A DNA stretch of 64,000 nucleotides from a virus: positions 3,285 through 67,284 of IMG/VR virus record IMGVR_UViG_3300048924_000151; one strand, written 5' to 3'. The position numbers and the translations under genes are program-made. Below the pieces are notes generated by a model that was given only the letters and a program-made list of their open reading frames with translations, did not search any database and was not told where the DNA came from. Shown piece after piece: positions 27,868 through 37,042 of the stretch (within the stretch, counting starts at the first letter, position 1; each line of letters opens with the position of its first letter).

Positions 27868-27918
27868 GTGGCGCTTTATACGTCTACCGGCGCATGGCCG
27901 GAACGGAGACGGAAGATG
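27868..27918 (+). promoter_or_regulatory. Early promoter-stem-loop-RBS cassette, copy 2
   Basis: GTGGCGCTTTATA...TACCGG-N7-CCGGAACGGAG...ATG. Confidence 0.7.
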
Positions 27919-28140
27919 ATTAAAGTTTGCACGATTTCTTACGAAGAACGCCACGGCAAGCTTCCTCGTGGGGCTTGGACGCAGGGCTGGACGTTCGAAT
28001 TCCGCGCTTTCTCTACCGCCTCCGCGCGAACCTTCCCCGGCACCTATAGCGAGGCCCGCAAGTCGGCAATCGCTTATGCAAAGTCCAACGGATTTAGCGA
28101 CGTCATCCTTTATCCTGCGACCCATCCTATTCAGAAATAA
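27916..28140 (+). CDS. Early hypothetical protein
   Basis: ATG from cassette. Confidence 0.65.
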   Translation: MIKVCTISYEERHGKLPRGAWTQGWTFEFRAFSTASARTFPGTYSEARKSAIAYAKSNGFSDVILYPATHPIQK

Positions 28141-28169
28141 TTCAAATAACTGTTTTAATTCTCATCCCG

Positions 28170-28219
28170 GTGGCGCTTTATATCGCTACCGGGATTAGCC
28201 GGAACGGAGACGGACGATG
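28170..28219 (+). promoter_or_regulatory. Early promoter-stem-loop-RBS cassette, copy 3
   Basis: GTGGCGCTTTATAT...TACCGG..CCGGAACGGAG...ATG. Confidence 0.7.
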
Positions 28220-28375
28220 ACCTATACGGTCTGGAGCAATGGCGGACGCCACGAATATATCGCCCGCGTCGATGGGCAGATTGTGGCCCGTTCCGGCATG
28301 ATTTATTCCAGCCGCAAGCAGGCAATCGCCGCGCTCATGCGCGATCCCGCAGTCGTCGCATTTCAGAAAGCATAA
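28217..28375 (+). CDS. 52-aa early hypothetical protein
   Basis: MTYTVWSNGGRHEY..., GGAG RBS; below ORF-track cutoff. Confidence 0.6.
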   Translation: MTYTVWSNGGRHEYIARVDGQIVARSGMIYSSRKQAIAALMRDPAVVAFQKA

Positions 28376-28379
28376 GCAG

Positions 28380-28640
28380 ATGGCCAAGATCACAGCACGC
28401 CGCATTCACCCGCTTAAGCGTATGCCGATGTACCCGACAAACGGCCTTATGCCTACGCTGCACATGGTCAAGCTTGAGGGCAGCAAATGCTGGCGGCGCG
28501 TTTATGAGCGATATGAAACGAAGGCACATTGGCCTGCCGGTTCGAAGCAGGGATTTATTCCAGTCGTTAAAGACGACAACGAGATGCGCGACCTCACCGC
28601 TGTAGAGCGCAGGCACATCGGATACCGGCTCGATGTTTAA
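28380..28640 (+). CDS. Hypothetical protein
   Basis: ORF in operon. Confidence 0.6.
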   Translation: MAKITARRIHPLKRMPMYPTNGLMPTLHMVKLEGSKCWRRVYERYETKAHWPAGSKQGFIPVVKDDNEMRDLTAVERRHIGYRLDV

Positions 28641-28908
28641 TATCTCTTATCGCAAGGAATAAGATCATGGCAGGGCTTCCAAATAAATTGCAAATTCAAA
28701 AACTCATCGCTACTGGCAAAGTAGCAGACGTTGAAGACGAAGGCATGGACGAAGGCCGATTTTTTGTCCATCTCAAGCCTCCATATTCTTATGATGAAGG
28801 GAATGGAACGCAACGGACCAAATCGTTTGGTAATTATCGCGATGCCATTTCACTTATCAAAAAAGTAGTAGCTGAGAAAGACGATGTTTAACATCTCTTA
28901 TCGCAAGG
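28631..28908 (+). repeat. 27-bp direct repeats flanking an AT-rich gene
   Basis: CGATGTTTAA(T/C)ATCTCTTATCGCAAGG at 28631-28657 and 28882-28908. Confidence 0.85.
28667..28891 (+). CDS. AT-rich hypothetical protein (inserted cassette)
   Basis: AAGGA RBS, largely supplied by the left repeat. Confidence 0.65.
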   Translation: MAGLPNKLQIQKLIATGKVADVEDEGMDEGRFFVHLKPPYSYDEGNGTQRTKSFGNYRDAISLIKKVVAEKDDV

Positions 28909-29244
28909 TCGGTGGCCTCCGGTTCCTTAAGATTGGACGCCTCAATTTCTGCTTTTCCGTTAGCAGCGAATTCCGCCCGATAAAGGGGACATAAATCTGC
29001 GCTTGCGGTCTACTTAGCGGTGGACTACGTTAGGCAGCATTAAGGCATTGGAGACTGCGATGACAGGTAACAGCGAAGCATACCACCGGCATTATGCCGA
29101 TCTTGATTTGATTAACGGCGAGCCGCACCGCTTCGACAATCCTGAGTATATGCGTAAGCTGCATGAATTGTGCAGCGAGACGCTTGCGAAGGCCGTAGAG
29201 GCGCGTAAGTCGATTGCCCAGCATTCGCTGCCGGGGGATATGAA

Positions 29245-29640
29245 GTGGTAGCATATAGGCTCACTACGGCCGCCGCATTCGGTCTTATCGCATGCGTCGT
29301 TGCCTCTCCGCTTGCTGCCGTTCTCGCGCCGGAGAGCACCACCCCCGGCTATGCGGTTTCCTGTGGCAGGCTGTCGTCTGCGGAATGCGATGCGACGTTG
29401 CGCACGGCTGCGACGGCAGGCTACCTAGCGGCACTCTCTGCGCCGTCGCGGTGCGGACGGTGGTACGAATATAGCGGGGCTGCGCTTGCCGCCTATGCCC
29501 TAGCAGGCGACATCAATCGCATTGGGCTTGCATCCTTTAACCTAGCGTTTACGCAAGTGGCGCTATTGTCCGAGACGGCGCTAATCCGCGCTTGCGCTGG
29601 TGCCGCCAGCGCAATCCCTTCCGCAATCAAGAGGAAATAG
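29245..29640 (+). CDS. Hypothetical secreted protein
   Basis: Signal-peptide-like N-terminus, several Cys. Confidence 0.5.
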   Translation: MVAYRLTTAAAFGLIACVVASPLAAVLAPESTTPGYAVSCGRLSSAECDATLRTAATAGYLAALSAPSRCGRWYEYSGAALAAYALAGDINRIGLASFNLAFTQVALLSETALIRACAGAASAIPSAIKRK

Positions 29641-29775
29641 AATCATGTTTCGTAAGAAGATGGTACGCACAGAGCTCAGCTACGCCATTTCGATGTTCGC
29701 GCTGAAGGTATTCGATTATACCTGCTTCTCGATTTTCATCTATACCTGCTATCAACTCTGGAAGGTTCTTCCGAA

Positions 29776-30117
29776 ATGAGCATTTGGAAGCGCGCCCTTG
29801 CGCTGCTATCGAAAGAGCCGACGCAATGGGCAGTGCCGAGCCTGCTACATGCGCCTCTAGACATGCAGTGGCTTATCGATACGATGGGCGAAAATGTTGA
29901 ACGCCCGCGCGTCGGTGATCTTATAATTGAGCTGGTCGCAGACAGCATGGCGGTTTGTGTAAAGCATGATATCCGTTATCGCGTTGTACAGAGCAATTCG
30001 CCATATCCCAATTCGGTTTGCGCCGAGAACTGCGATAGCGCCCGTGCGCATATCCTGCATATCTTCTATATGCGGCGACATAAGACGTTGCCGCGCGTCT
30101 GGTTTCTTGCGTCATGA
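29776..30117 (+). CDS. Hypothetical protein
   Basis: ATGA-coupled chain. Confidence 0.55.
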   Translation: MSIWKRALALLSKEPTQWAVPSLLHAPLDMQWLIDTMGENVERPRVGDLIIELVADSMAVCVKHDIRYRVVQSNSPYPNSVCAENCDSARAHILHIFYMRRHKTLPRVWFLAS

Positions 30118-30519
30118 TCGGCCTAGGGAAAGCGACTGTAACGTTCAGGGTCCAATGCACTTGCGACGACTGCGGAACGCATGCACCTAGCTCGCAGAGC
30201 AACGTTATCGATACAGGAACAATCGCGATTAGCGATCTTGGATCGATGATTGTTGTTCTTATGGAAGCGGCGTTCGTGCAGCCTCCGGTCGGATGGGCGG
30301 TCTATGGCCGCTATAGCTACAAATGCGACAAGTGTTTGACATGAAAATAGACCTAAACGACAACGATGCCAGAATGCTTATGCTGCACATTGACTATGTG
30401 CTTACTAGCAATGCCGCATCTGAAGATTGGTCTATCCGCTTAGTAGAAGGGCAATTTGAAGTTCTTCTAAACGTATTAGACCAAATAAACTATCAACTTC
30501 CAAACAAGAAAGAGCTATC

Positions 30520-30942
30520 ATGAGCATCTCTTATCAAGGCAATATCGATCTGCGCGAAGTCGCTGACCAGTTGGTCGGTTCGGAGCAACTAGATGAATTC
30601 TTCAACGTGCTTGGCGATGCATGCAATGAGAATGCATTTCTGCCGGAAGATGTCGCAGAGTTCTTTGGCGACAATATCGGTAGGCGGCTGGACGACGATG
30701 GGCGCATGTTCCTCATCGCGCTCGCCAAGTACACCATGCAACAATTCCCGACCGACTTTGTGCCGACTATCGACGCGATGCCCGGCATGACGTCAGTAGT
30801 CAACGCCATCGCTGCGGTCGAAAAAGTGCAGGAATGGACTAGCAGCGAAAGCGGCACGATGTTCCACGTTGACGGGAAGACGCATGAGGGGGGCTGGTAC
30901 GCTACCCGCGATGTCGTTAAAGCGCTTACGGACCTCGCATGA
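30520..30942 (+). CDS. Acidic hypothetical protein
   Basis: ATGA-coupled chain. Confidence 0.6.
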   Translation: MSISYQGNIDLREVADQLVGSEQLDEFFNVLGDACNENAFLPEDVAEFFGDNIGRRLDDDGRMFLIALAKYTMQQFPTDFVPTIDAMPGMTSVVNAIAAVEKVQEWTSSESGTMFHVDGKTHEGGWYATRDVVKALTDLA

Positions 30943-31418
30943 TCCCCCGGCAGGCTATCGGCCCTTTCCACCAAATCTATACATGGGTCCGCGACGACGG
31001 CAAGAACTTCAACATATCCACTCATCATCTGATCGAGTGGATTAATAAGACGAAACCGGCGCACGATTTCTTGCCAATCGATAAATCTTTGGTCGATGGG
31101 TTTATCGCTAGTAACTCGATCAGCGTTGATCGTATACGGCAGATGATGATGATGGATAACCCCCCTTCTGATCCGATTATCATGTGCCTTACCGGACGGC
31201 AGAATATCAACGGCATCCCGGGGCCGGAGGGGATGTTGGTAGATGGTCGGCATCGATATGCGCTGTATGCCGCTTGCGGTTTAAAGCTCATCCCCTGCTA
31301 CGTCATCAAGAAGCTAGACTGGCAGCCGTTCCGCATATCCGGAATGCCAAGGTTGACGAAACAAGGGCTGGTTGAAGTGCCTGTTTTAAACCATATCATG
31401 AGCAAGTTTCAGTCATGA
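30939..31418 (+). CDS. ParB/Srx-like N-terminal domain protein
   Basis: PIIM...MLVDGRHRY. Confidence 0.65.
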   Translation: MIPRQAIGPFHQIYTWVRDDGKNFNISTHHLIEWINKTKPAHDFLPIDKSLVDGFIASNSISVDRIRQMMMMDNPPSDPIIMCLTGRQNINGIPGPEGMLVDGRHRYALYAACGLKLIPCYVIKKLDWQPFRISGMPRLTKQGLVEVPVLNHIMSKFQS

Positions 31419-31609
31419 TTATAGATCGCCCGCATCGTCTTGCGCGTAGGACTAAGCCAAAGCTGAATGTTCTCCATTACAATCGCGCCAAAGTCGTCAC
31501 CTGCCCATACTGCGGAGCAGTCCCGAATAACAGTTGCATCCGTATCGATGGCAAGCCAAGCAGGCCACATCGTGAACGGGTGATTGAATATGAAAGGAAA
31601 CTGCCGTGA
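31415..31609 (+). CDS. Phage Zn-finger protein
   Basis: CPYCGA...C...HRER. Confidence 0.65.
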   Translation: MIIDRPHRLARRTKPKLNVLHYNRAKVVTCPYCGAVPNNSCIRIDGKPSRPHRERVIEYERKLP

Positions 31610-31986
31610 CATATTGTCTAGAGCTTCGCAGCACTGCGAATTGGGAGGGCGATATCCGATATCGCGCTTATACGAAGTCTCTTAAGACCGTTGAGCGATT
31701 CAAAACTATAAGCAAAATTCAATTCAGCGATAGTGGTCACGGTATCGTTCCAGTAGTTAGCGAAGACAAGTTCAATCGTAAGCCGACTATCCGAACCCTT
31801 TGGGAATATGTCGAAGCGCATTATGAACAGTGCGATGCGAAAGCGAAGCGCGATAAGCGCGCAATTCAGTCCGCCACTCGATCTGCGTTGCAGATGCAAT
31901 TGGACTTGGCGCGCGAGGAAATCGCACGACTGACGGAAGAACTTGAGCGGTACAAGAAGTTTGGGCCGGGCAGCAAGGATTATTGA
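31606..31986 (+). CDS. Hypothetical protein
   Basis: GTGA-coupled. Confidence 0.55.
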   Translation: MTYCLELRSTANWEGDIRYRAYTKSLKTVERFKTISKIQFSDSGHGIVPVVSEDKFNRKPTIRTLWEYVEAHYEQCDAKAKRDKRAIQSATRSALQMQLDLAREEIARLTEELERYKKFGPGSKDY

Positions 31987-32245
31987 TGTGATACAGCGTA
32001 GTCGGATTGCATTGCGGATCGAGGCGCAGGAGGCCCGCGAAGAATTGATAGCATCTCGCGCCTTGCTACTTGCTACAATTGACGAACTAACAAAAGACAA
32101 CGTCGCTTTAATGGCGACGATAAAGAAGTTGACGCTGGATAATTCGCGCCTGCTCCGAGCGCGACGTGTAGGAAAGAAGGCCTAAGTTATTTCTAGATCA
32201 CTTAGGTTTATGATCCTACAAATAGTTGTTCTAATCATTTTTGAA

Positions 32246-32298
32246 GTGGCGCTTTATATGCATACCGGAACGAACCGGCGCAACGGAGAACGACGATG
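32246..32298 (+). promoter_or_regulatory. Early promoter-stem-loop-RBS cassette, copy 4
   Basis: 33 bp identical to 26044-26076. Confidence 0.8.
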
Positions 32299-32535
32299 AA
32301 GAACGAGTTTAAAGGCATGTACGTCGTGGCGACTGTCACGACCAACGAGCGCAAGATGGGCACTCACGGACGCAAAGTCGTCGGCGCAATCCTGCGCGCA
32401 GGCCCGGCCGGTATCAAGGTTGACGATCTCAAGCCGGACCCGAACGGCAATCTGAACAAGCATATCGCTTGGGAGCTTGCGCGCGGCCGGGTTAAAGTGC
32501 TGGCCCGCGCGCCGCGCGCAGCGAGGCAGGGTTGA
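32296..32535 (+). CDS. Small putative DNA-binding protein (paralog family 1/3)
   Basis: N.R..GTHG...IAWELARG.V motif. Confidence 0.65.
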   Translation: MKNEFKGMYVVATVTTNERKMGTHGRKVVGAILRAGPAGIKVDDLKPDPNGNLNKHIAWELARGRVKVLARAPRAARQG

Positions 32536-32540
32536 TAGCA

Positions 32541-32572
32541 GGTGGCAGACTGCCAAGTCTGCCACCCTTTTC
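32541..32572 (+). terminator. Rho-independent terminator
   Basis: GGTGGCAGAC-TGCCAA-GTCTGCCACC-CTTTT. Confidence 0.75.
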
Positions 32573-32668
32573 TGCGAATACAAATAGTTGTTGCCGCATA
32601 TCCTGCGTGGCCTATAAAAGCGGGACTTAGTTTAAGGCGAACCCCTGAAAAGCCCGAAAGGCAAAATC

Positions 32669-33565
32669 ATGACAACCGCTACCAATACCACTCCCACGAC
32701 TTCCGCCGCAACGGTGGGCCGCAAGTCGAATTTCTCCGGCCACATCATCGCCGCTGTCGAACTCAAGAACCACCGTCGTCCCGGTTCGTTCGGCTACTTC
32801 TCGATGGACAAGATCATCGCGCACGGCAAGAATGGCGCCAGCTATGAAGTCCTTCTCAAGGAAGGCGTTCGGTCCGGCGATATCGCCTGGGACGTTCTGC
32901 ACGGCAAGGTCATCGCATCAATCGACGCGGAAGCCCAAGCCAAGGCTATGGCGGCCGCTGCCGAGAAGGTCGCTGCCGAGAACGCTGCGAAGGAAGCGAA
33001 GGTGAAGGAGAAATCCGACGCTGTCGCCGCGAAGGTCGCTGCGAAGGCTGCGCAGAGCGCGGAGAAGGAAGCCGCGAAGGCCGCGAAGATCGAAGCAACG
33101 GCTGCTGCGAAGGCCGCGAAGCTGGAAGCTGGCGGCGCGAAGGCTGCTGAGCTTGCCGCTGCGAAGGCCGCGAAGGCCGAGGCCCTTGCCGCAACGAAGG
33201 CTGCGAAGGCCGAGGCCGCTGCGGCGAAGAAGGCAGAAGCCGAAGCCACCAAGGCCGCGAAGGCCGCCGCTGCCGCTGCCGAGAAGGCTGCGAAGGCCGA
33301 GGCCGCTGCGGCGAAGAAGGCAGAGACCGAAGCCGCCAAGGCTGCGAAGGCCGCTGCGGAAGCCACTGCGAAGGCGGAGAAGCTTGCCGCCGACAAGGCC
33401 GCTGCCGATCAGGCCGCTGCCGATTTGAAGGCCAAGATCAAGGCCGACAAGGAAGCTGCCGACGCCATCGCCAAGGCCGACAAGGACGCCAAGGCCCGTG
33501 TCGCTGCCGAGAGCAAGGCCGCGAAGGACAAGCAGAAGGCTGACGCTGCCGCGAAAAAGAAGTAA
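32669..33565 (+). CDS. Histone H1/AlgP-like Ala/Lys-rich protein with N-terminal paralog domain (2/3)
   Basis: About 210 aa of AAKAAK repeats; 42-bp exact internal repeat at 33196 and 33283. Confidence 0.75.
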   Translation: MTTATNTTPTTSAATVGRKSNFSGHIIAAVELKNHRRPGSFGYFSMDKIIAHGKNGASYEVLLKEGVRSGDIAWDVLHGKVIASIDAEAQAKAMAAAAEKVAAENAAKEAKVKEKSDAVAAKVAAKAAQSAEKEAAKAAKIEATAAAKAAKLEAGGAKAAELAAAKAAKAEALAATKAAKAEAAAAKKAEAEATKAAKAAAAAAEKAAKAEAAAAKKAETEAAKAAKAAAEATAKAEKLAADKAAADQAAADLKAKIKADKEAADAIAKADKDAKARVAAESKAAKDKQKADAAAKKK

Positions 33566-33607
33566 CAACGAATAGCTGATCACGGATGTACTGATCAGCG
33601 AGACGAA

Positions 33608-33637
33608 GGGCAGGCTTAATACACCTGCCCTTTTTCT
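33608..33637 (+). terminator. Rho-independent terminator
   Basis: GGGCAGG-N9-CCTGCCC-TTTTT. Confidence 0.75.
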
Positions 33638-34154
33638 TACCCATCTTAAAGTAAACCAGTATCAACAGAACTGGTTCCCTTTGCGATGCAAACCTCAACC
33701 GGGGGCGATATGATTAGAGTGTGGATAGTGCCGAAGTCCACCCCCAATGCGGATGCGACTGCGCATTCGATTGAGGTGGACGTGCCGAACGAAACCCGGT
33801 TCAGCGATGCGGTCGATGTGCTTATGCCGCATGTGCCGGATGGATACTACATCGTCAAAATCGAAAGGAACGGAGACTATGAATCTAAAGGTAGAGCTAA
33901 CGGAAGCTGAGATCATGCTTGCTATCGCGGCATGGATCGAAGCTCAGACCGGAGTTGCTGTCCCTGTCAAGGGCCTCTTTGTTGAGACCAAGTCCAAGCA
34001 GAATTACAAGAGCGAGTGGGAGGTAGCGGCCATTCGCGTTTCTTGCAATGTGCAAAGGCCGTGAACTGGTTGCATAGCGATAGCCCGCGCTGGGCAAGCC
34101 TCCGCTTCGTCCTGCGCTCCATCTTCACCCCGAAACGATTAGGAACCACCAGCG

Positions 34155-35144
34155 ATGGCATACGGCAAGGAATACGAAGCGAAGTCGAATCACCAGATGA
34201 TTCGCGACGGAGTTGAACAGCCGATATATAAGATCGGCAAGTACAACGTCCAGATCAATTATAGCAAACGGATTGTGTATGTATCGGAGCCGGATCGGCC
34301 CGAACGTATCGATCAGAGCATTTCGCTTATGGATGGCGTACTCAACGTTGATTTTTCTTTCATAGTGGAAGAAGTCCTGCGTAAATGCGATCCAATCGAG
34401 ATTGCACGCGGCATGTGCGAAGATGCCGATGTTCGTGAGCACTTCATTGAATCGCTCGCTGAACGCTGGTCGCAGGATAACGTTGGCGATGCAGAGCGCC
34501 GCAAGTTCCTGACCAAGGTAGGCTGCGCCGTCAACGAAATCACAGTTGACCGACTTGCCGATACAATGCGAAAGTGGGAATACGAATTCTGCCGACGCGC
34601 ATATGTCGATGAGCATGTCAGCAATATCAACCGCACGCTGCGCGAGTTGAATGTAATGGTACAGGGGCCTAGCACTTATAGCTCTAGCGTACCGGGCGAA
34701 TGGGAGCGCGGTCCTGACGTTCTGTTGCAGATGCGACGGCTGGACGAACGGACGACTGATGCCGATGGCAAGTCTATCCCCGGCCCTGTTGCTATTACTG
34801 GGCAGGCTTGGGAGCAGGCGCGCACTTACTGGCGTGACGAGATCGGCAGGCTATTCCCGCCGCCGCTTGCACCGATGCCGGTGGCGTTCGATGCATTCGC
34901 AATTATTCAGGGTGATATCGATACCCTGCGCAACGAGCGAAGCGGCAGCACGGGAAGCGAGTTTGTTACCGTATCGCAGAAAGCGCTGGACGCTGTACTC
35001 TCCAAGATCGATGACATGCGCGGCATGAAGCCGCCGAAGCCTCCTGTATCGTTCGGGGAATTCGCTGGCGGCGCTGATGCTATATTGGATAGCGCAGAGA
35101 CGCCCGCTGCTTCGATTGACTCCGGCGATGATATCCCGTTCTGA
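34155..35144 (+). CDS. Hypothetical protein ending in SSB-like DDIPF tail
   Basis: 329 aa, AGGA RBS, C-terminus IDSGDDIPF. Confidence 0.7.
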   Translation: MAYGKEYEAKSNHQMIRDGVEQPIYKIGKYNVQINYSKRIVYVSEPDRPERIDQSISLMDGVLNVDFSFIVEEVLRKCDPIEIARGMCEDADVREHFIESLAERWSQDNVGDAERRKFLTKVGCAVNEITVDRLADTMRKWEYEFCRRAYVDEHVSNINRTLRELNVMVQGPSTYSSSVPGEWERGPDVLLQMRRLDERTTDADGKSIPGPVAITGQAWEQARTYWRDEIGRLFPPPLAPMPVAFDAFAIIQGDIDTLRNERSGSTGSEFVTVSQKALDAVLSKIDDMRGMKPPKPPVSFGEFAGGADAILDSAETPAASIDSGDDIPF

Positions 35145-35359
35145 TGGCACGCTCAGCAGAATATAACCTTGTCGAAAACATCCTGAGTGCGACAAGCGTT
35201 AGCAAAACGCCATTCTCAGGATCGCTCGATGAGCGCGCGGTATCGCGCCTAATCAAGGCGTGCAAAGACCGGCAGAAAGTCGCCGCCATCAAGGAAGTCC
35301 GCGCCCTCGCATGCTGCGGACTTCGCGAAGCCAAAGACCTCTATGAGAAGTATTTCTGA
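35144..35359 (+). CDS. Ribosomal protein bL12 C-terminal-domain-like protein
   Basis: KVAAIKEVRALACCGLREAKDLYE matches the bL12 CTD pattern. Confidence 0.7.
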   Translation: MARSAEYNLVENILSATSVSKTPFSGSLDERAVSRLIKACKDRQKVAAIKEVRALACCGLREAKDLYEKYF

Positions 35360-35724
35360 TGAACATCGAACTGCTCACGCTTGCCGACGAAGCAAAAGAG
35401 ATGCTCAAACATGCTAACACGGAGAACTTCGTGATTTGGCAGGCAGAGCAGTTCATAAAGAAAGTTGAACCCATACTTCGGCAACTGGCATGGAAGGAAG
35501 ACGACGAATGAGCGCGACGATTACAAGCGACGAATGCGATGCCGTGCTAGCGCAGGGCAGAGCAGCACGCCGGGCGAATGCCAACCTGAAAATCCCGCCC
35601 CCGGAGTTGGATGCTTTCCTCGCGAACTACTGGCGCGTTGGCTGGATGCGGGAACACGACGAAATCGCCCTGACGGGGGGTCGAACGCCAGCGGCTCACG
35701 ATAGCCCATTGCTGGGCCTGCGGA

Positions 35725-35866
35725 GGCCGTAAGCGCGTTTTAATCGTTCCGGGTACTATGCCCCATAATTCCGGAAATAACGCGCTTACGGCCATTTTCA
35801 CTTTCTTCAAGTTGTGGGTTTACTCGTGTCAATTTTTCATGCTAAAATCGGGCGATGCCTAAATGA
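35725..35866 (+). repeat. Hairpin-promoter-minigene element, copy B
   Basis: 15-bp perfect IR, 39-nt spacer; TTTACT-N18-TAAAAT; ATGCCTAAATGA. Confidence 0.7.
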
Positions 35867-35943
35867 AGGATATCAATCCTAGGATTGAGCGGGCCAAAAA
35901 GAAACCAAATCCGTTCAAATAATGCTTCCTTATTCGGATTGGT

Positions 35944-35975
35944 TGGCGCCTTATATGCCTACCGGAACGAACCGG
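35944..35975 (+). promoter_or_regulatory. Early promoter-stem-loop cassette, copy 5
   Basis: TGGCGCCTTATATGCCTACCGGAACGAACCGG. Confidence 0.7.
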
Positions 35976-36000
35976 TTGGGTCCTTTGAAGGAATTAGATC

Positions 36001-36960
36001 ATGTCGCACGAAGTCGAAACGATTGCATACGTTGGCGAAACCCCTTGGCACGGTATCGGCACGCGCTGCGCCGATGGCATCTCCACCGACGATATGCTGG
36101 TGGCCGCCGGTCTGGACTGGACCGTTAAGCAATACCCCATGCAGGTAACGCTGGAGGATGGCAAGTCCATCGATGTAGAAGGCAAGCGCGCCCTGATCCG
36201 TTCGAAGGATCATAAGGTGATGAACGTTTCGTCCGATAGCTGGACGCCCGTGCAGAATGCCGATCTCATCGGCTTTATGCGCTCTTACGTCGAAAGCGGC
36301 GGCGCGAAGCTGGAGACGGCCGGAAGCCTGCGCGACGGTTCGGTTATCTGGGGCCTCGCGAAACTGGATCGCTCCTTCGAAGTATCAAAGAAGGACAAGG
36401 TTCAGGGCTACCTCCTGATCACCGGCTCGCACATCGTCGGCGTATCGACCAAAATCCGCACCGTTGCAACCCGCGTCGTCTGCATGAATACAATGCGGAT
36501 GGCGGAACGCGAAGTCGGCAGTGTCTGCTACAAGCAGAACCACCTTGCCGAATTCGATGTGAATGCGGCCAAGATTGCGGTCGCAACTGCGAACGAAGAA
36601 TTGGCGCAGGCGGAAAGCCGCTACAAGAAGATCAAGAAGCTGAAACTCAGCATCGAAGATGCGGTCCAGAAGCTTTACTGGAAGGTTCTTCCGGACAACG
36701 TCTATTCGACCGAAAGCGTCAAGAAGCTTCTCGCCGCGCCGGAAACTCAGTCGGCTCGCATGCAGGCCCTCATCGATAGCTACAAGACCGCGCCGGGCGC
36801 TGACGTCGGAACCGGCTGGGGCGCGCTGAACGGCTTCACGCACTGGACTGATCATAAGTTCGGCAACAGCGGCGAGGCTCGCATGCATCGCGTTACGTTC
36901 GGTGACTTCTCGCGCGAGAAGGATGCGATGGAGAAGACCCTTCTGGAATTGGCGGAGTAA
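36001..36960 (+). CDS. DUF932-family phage/plasmid protein
   Basis: MSHEVETIAYVGETPWHGIG, ETAGSL, RVVCMNT, GTGWGALNG motifs. Confidence 0.85.
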   Translation: MSHEVETIAYVGETPWHGIGTRCADGISTDDMLVAAGLDWTVKQYPMQVTLEDGKSIDVEGKRALIRSKDHKVMNVSSDSWTPVQNADLIGFMRSYVESGGAKLETAGSLRDGSVIWGLAKLDRSFEVSKKDKVQGYLLITGSHIVGVSTKIRTVATRVVCMNTMRMAEREVGSVCYKQNHLAEFDVNAAKIAVATANEELAQAESRYKKIKKLKLSIEDAVQKLYWKVLPDNVYSTESVKKLLAAPETQSARMQALIDSYKTAPGADVGTGWGALNGFTHWTDHKFGNSGEARMHRVTFGDFSREKDAMEKTLLELAE

Positions 36961-37042
36961 TGTTGCCACTGCACTCTGCCGATGTGGTCGCCCGGCAACT
37001 CCCCCTTGCCGGGCGACTTCCTCCAACCTAGAAAGAACCACA

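Noticed and set aside
32630-32665. CTGAAAAGCCCGAAAGGC as a second hammerhead
   Set aside because: Lacks the CUGANGA core and stems I and III
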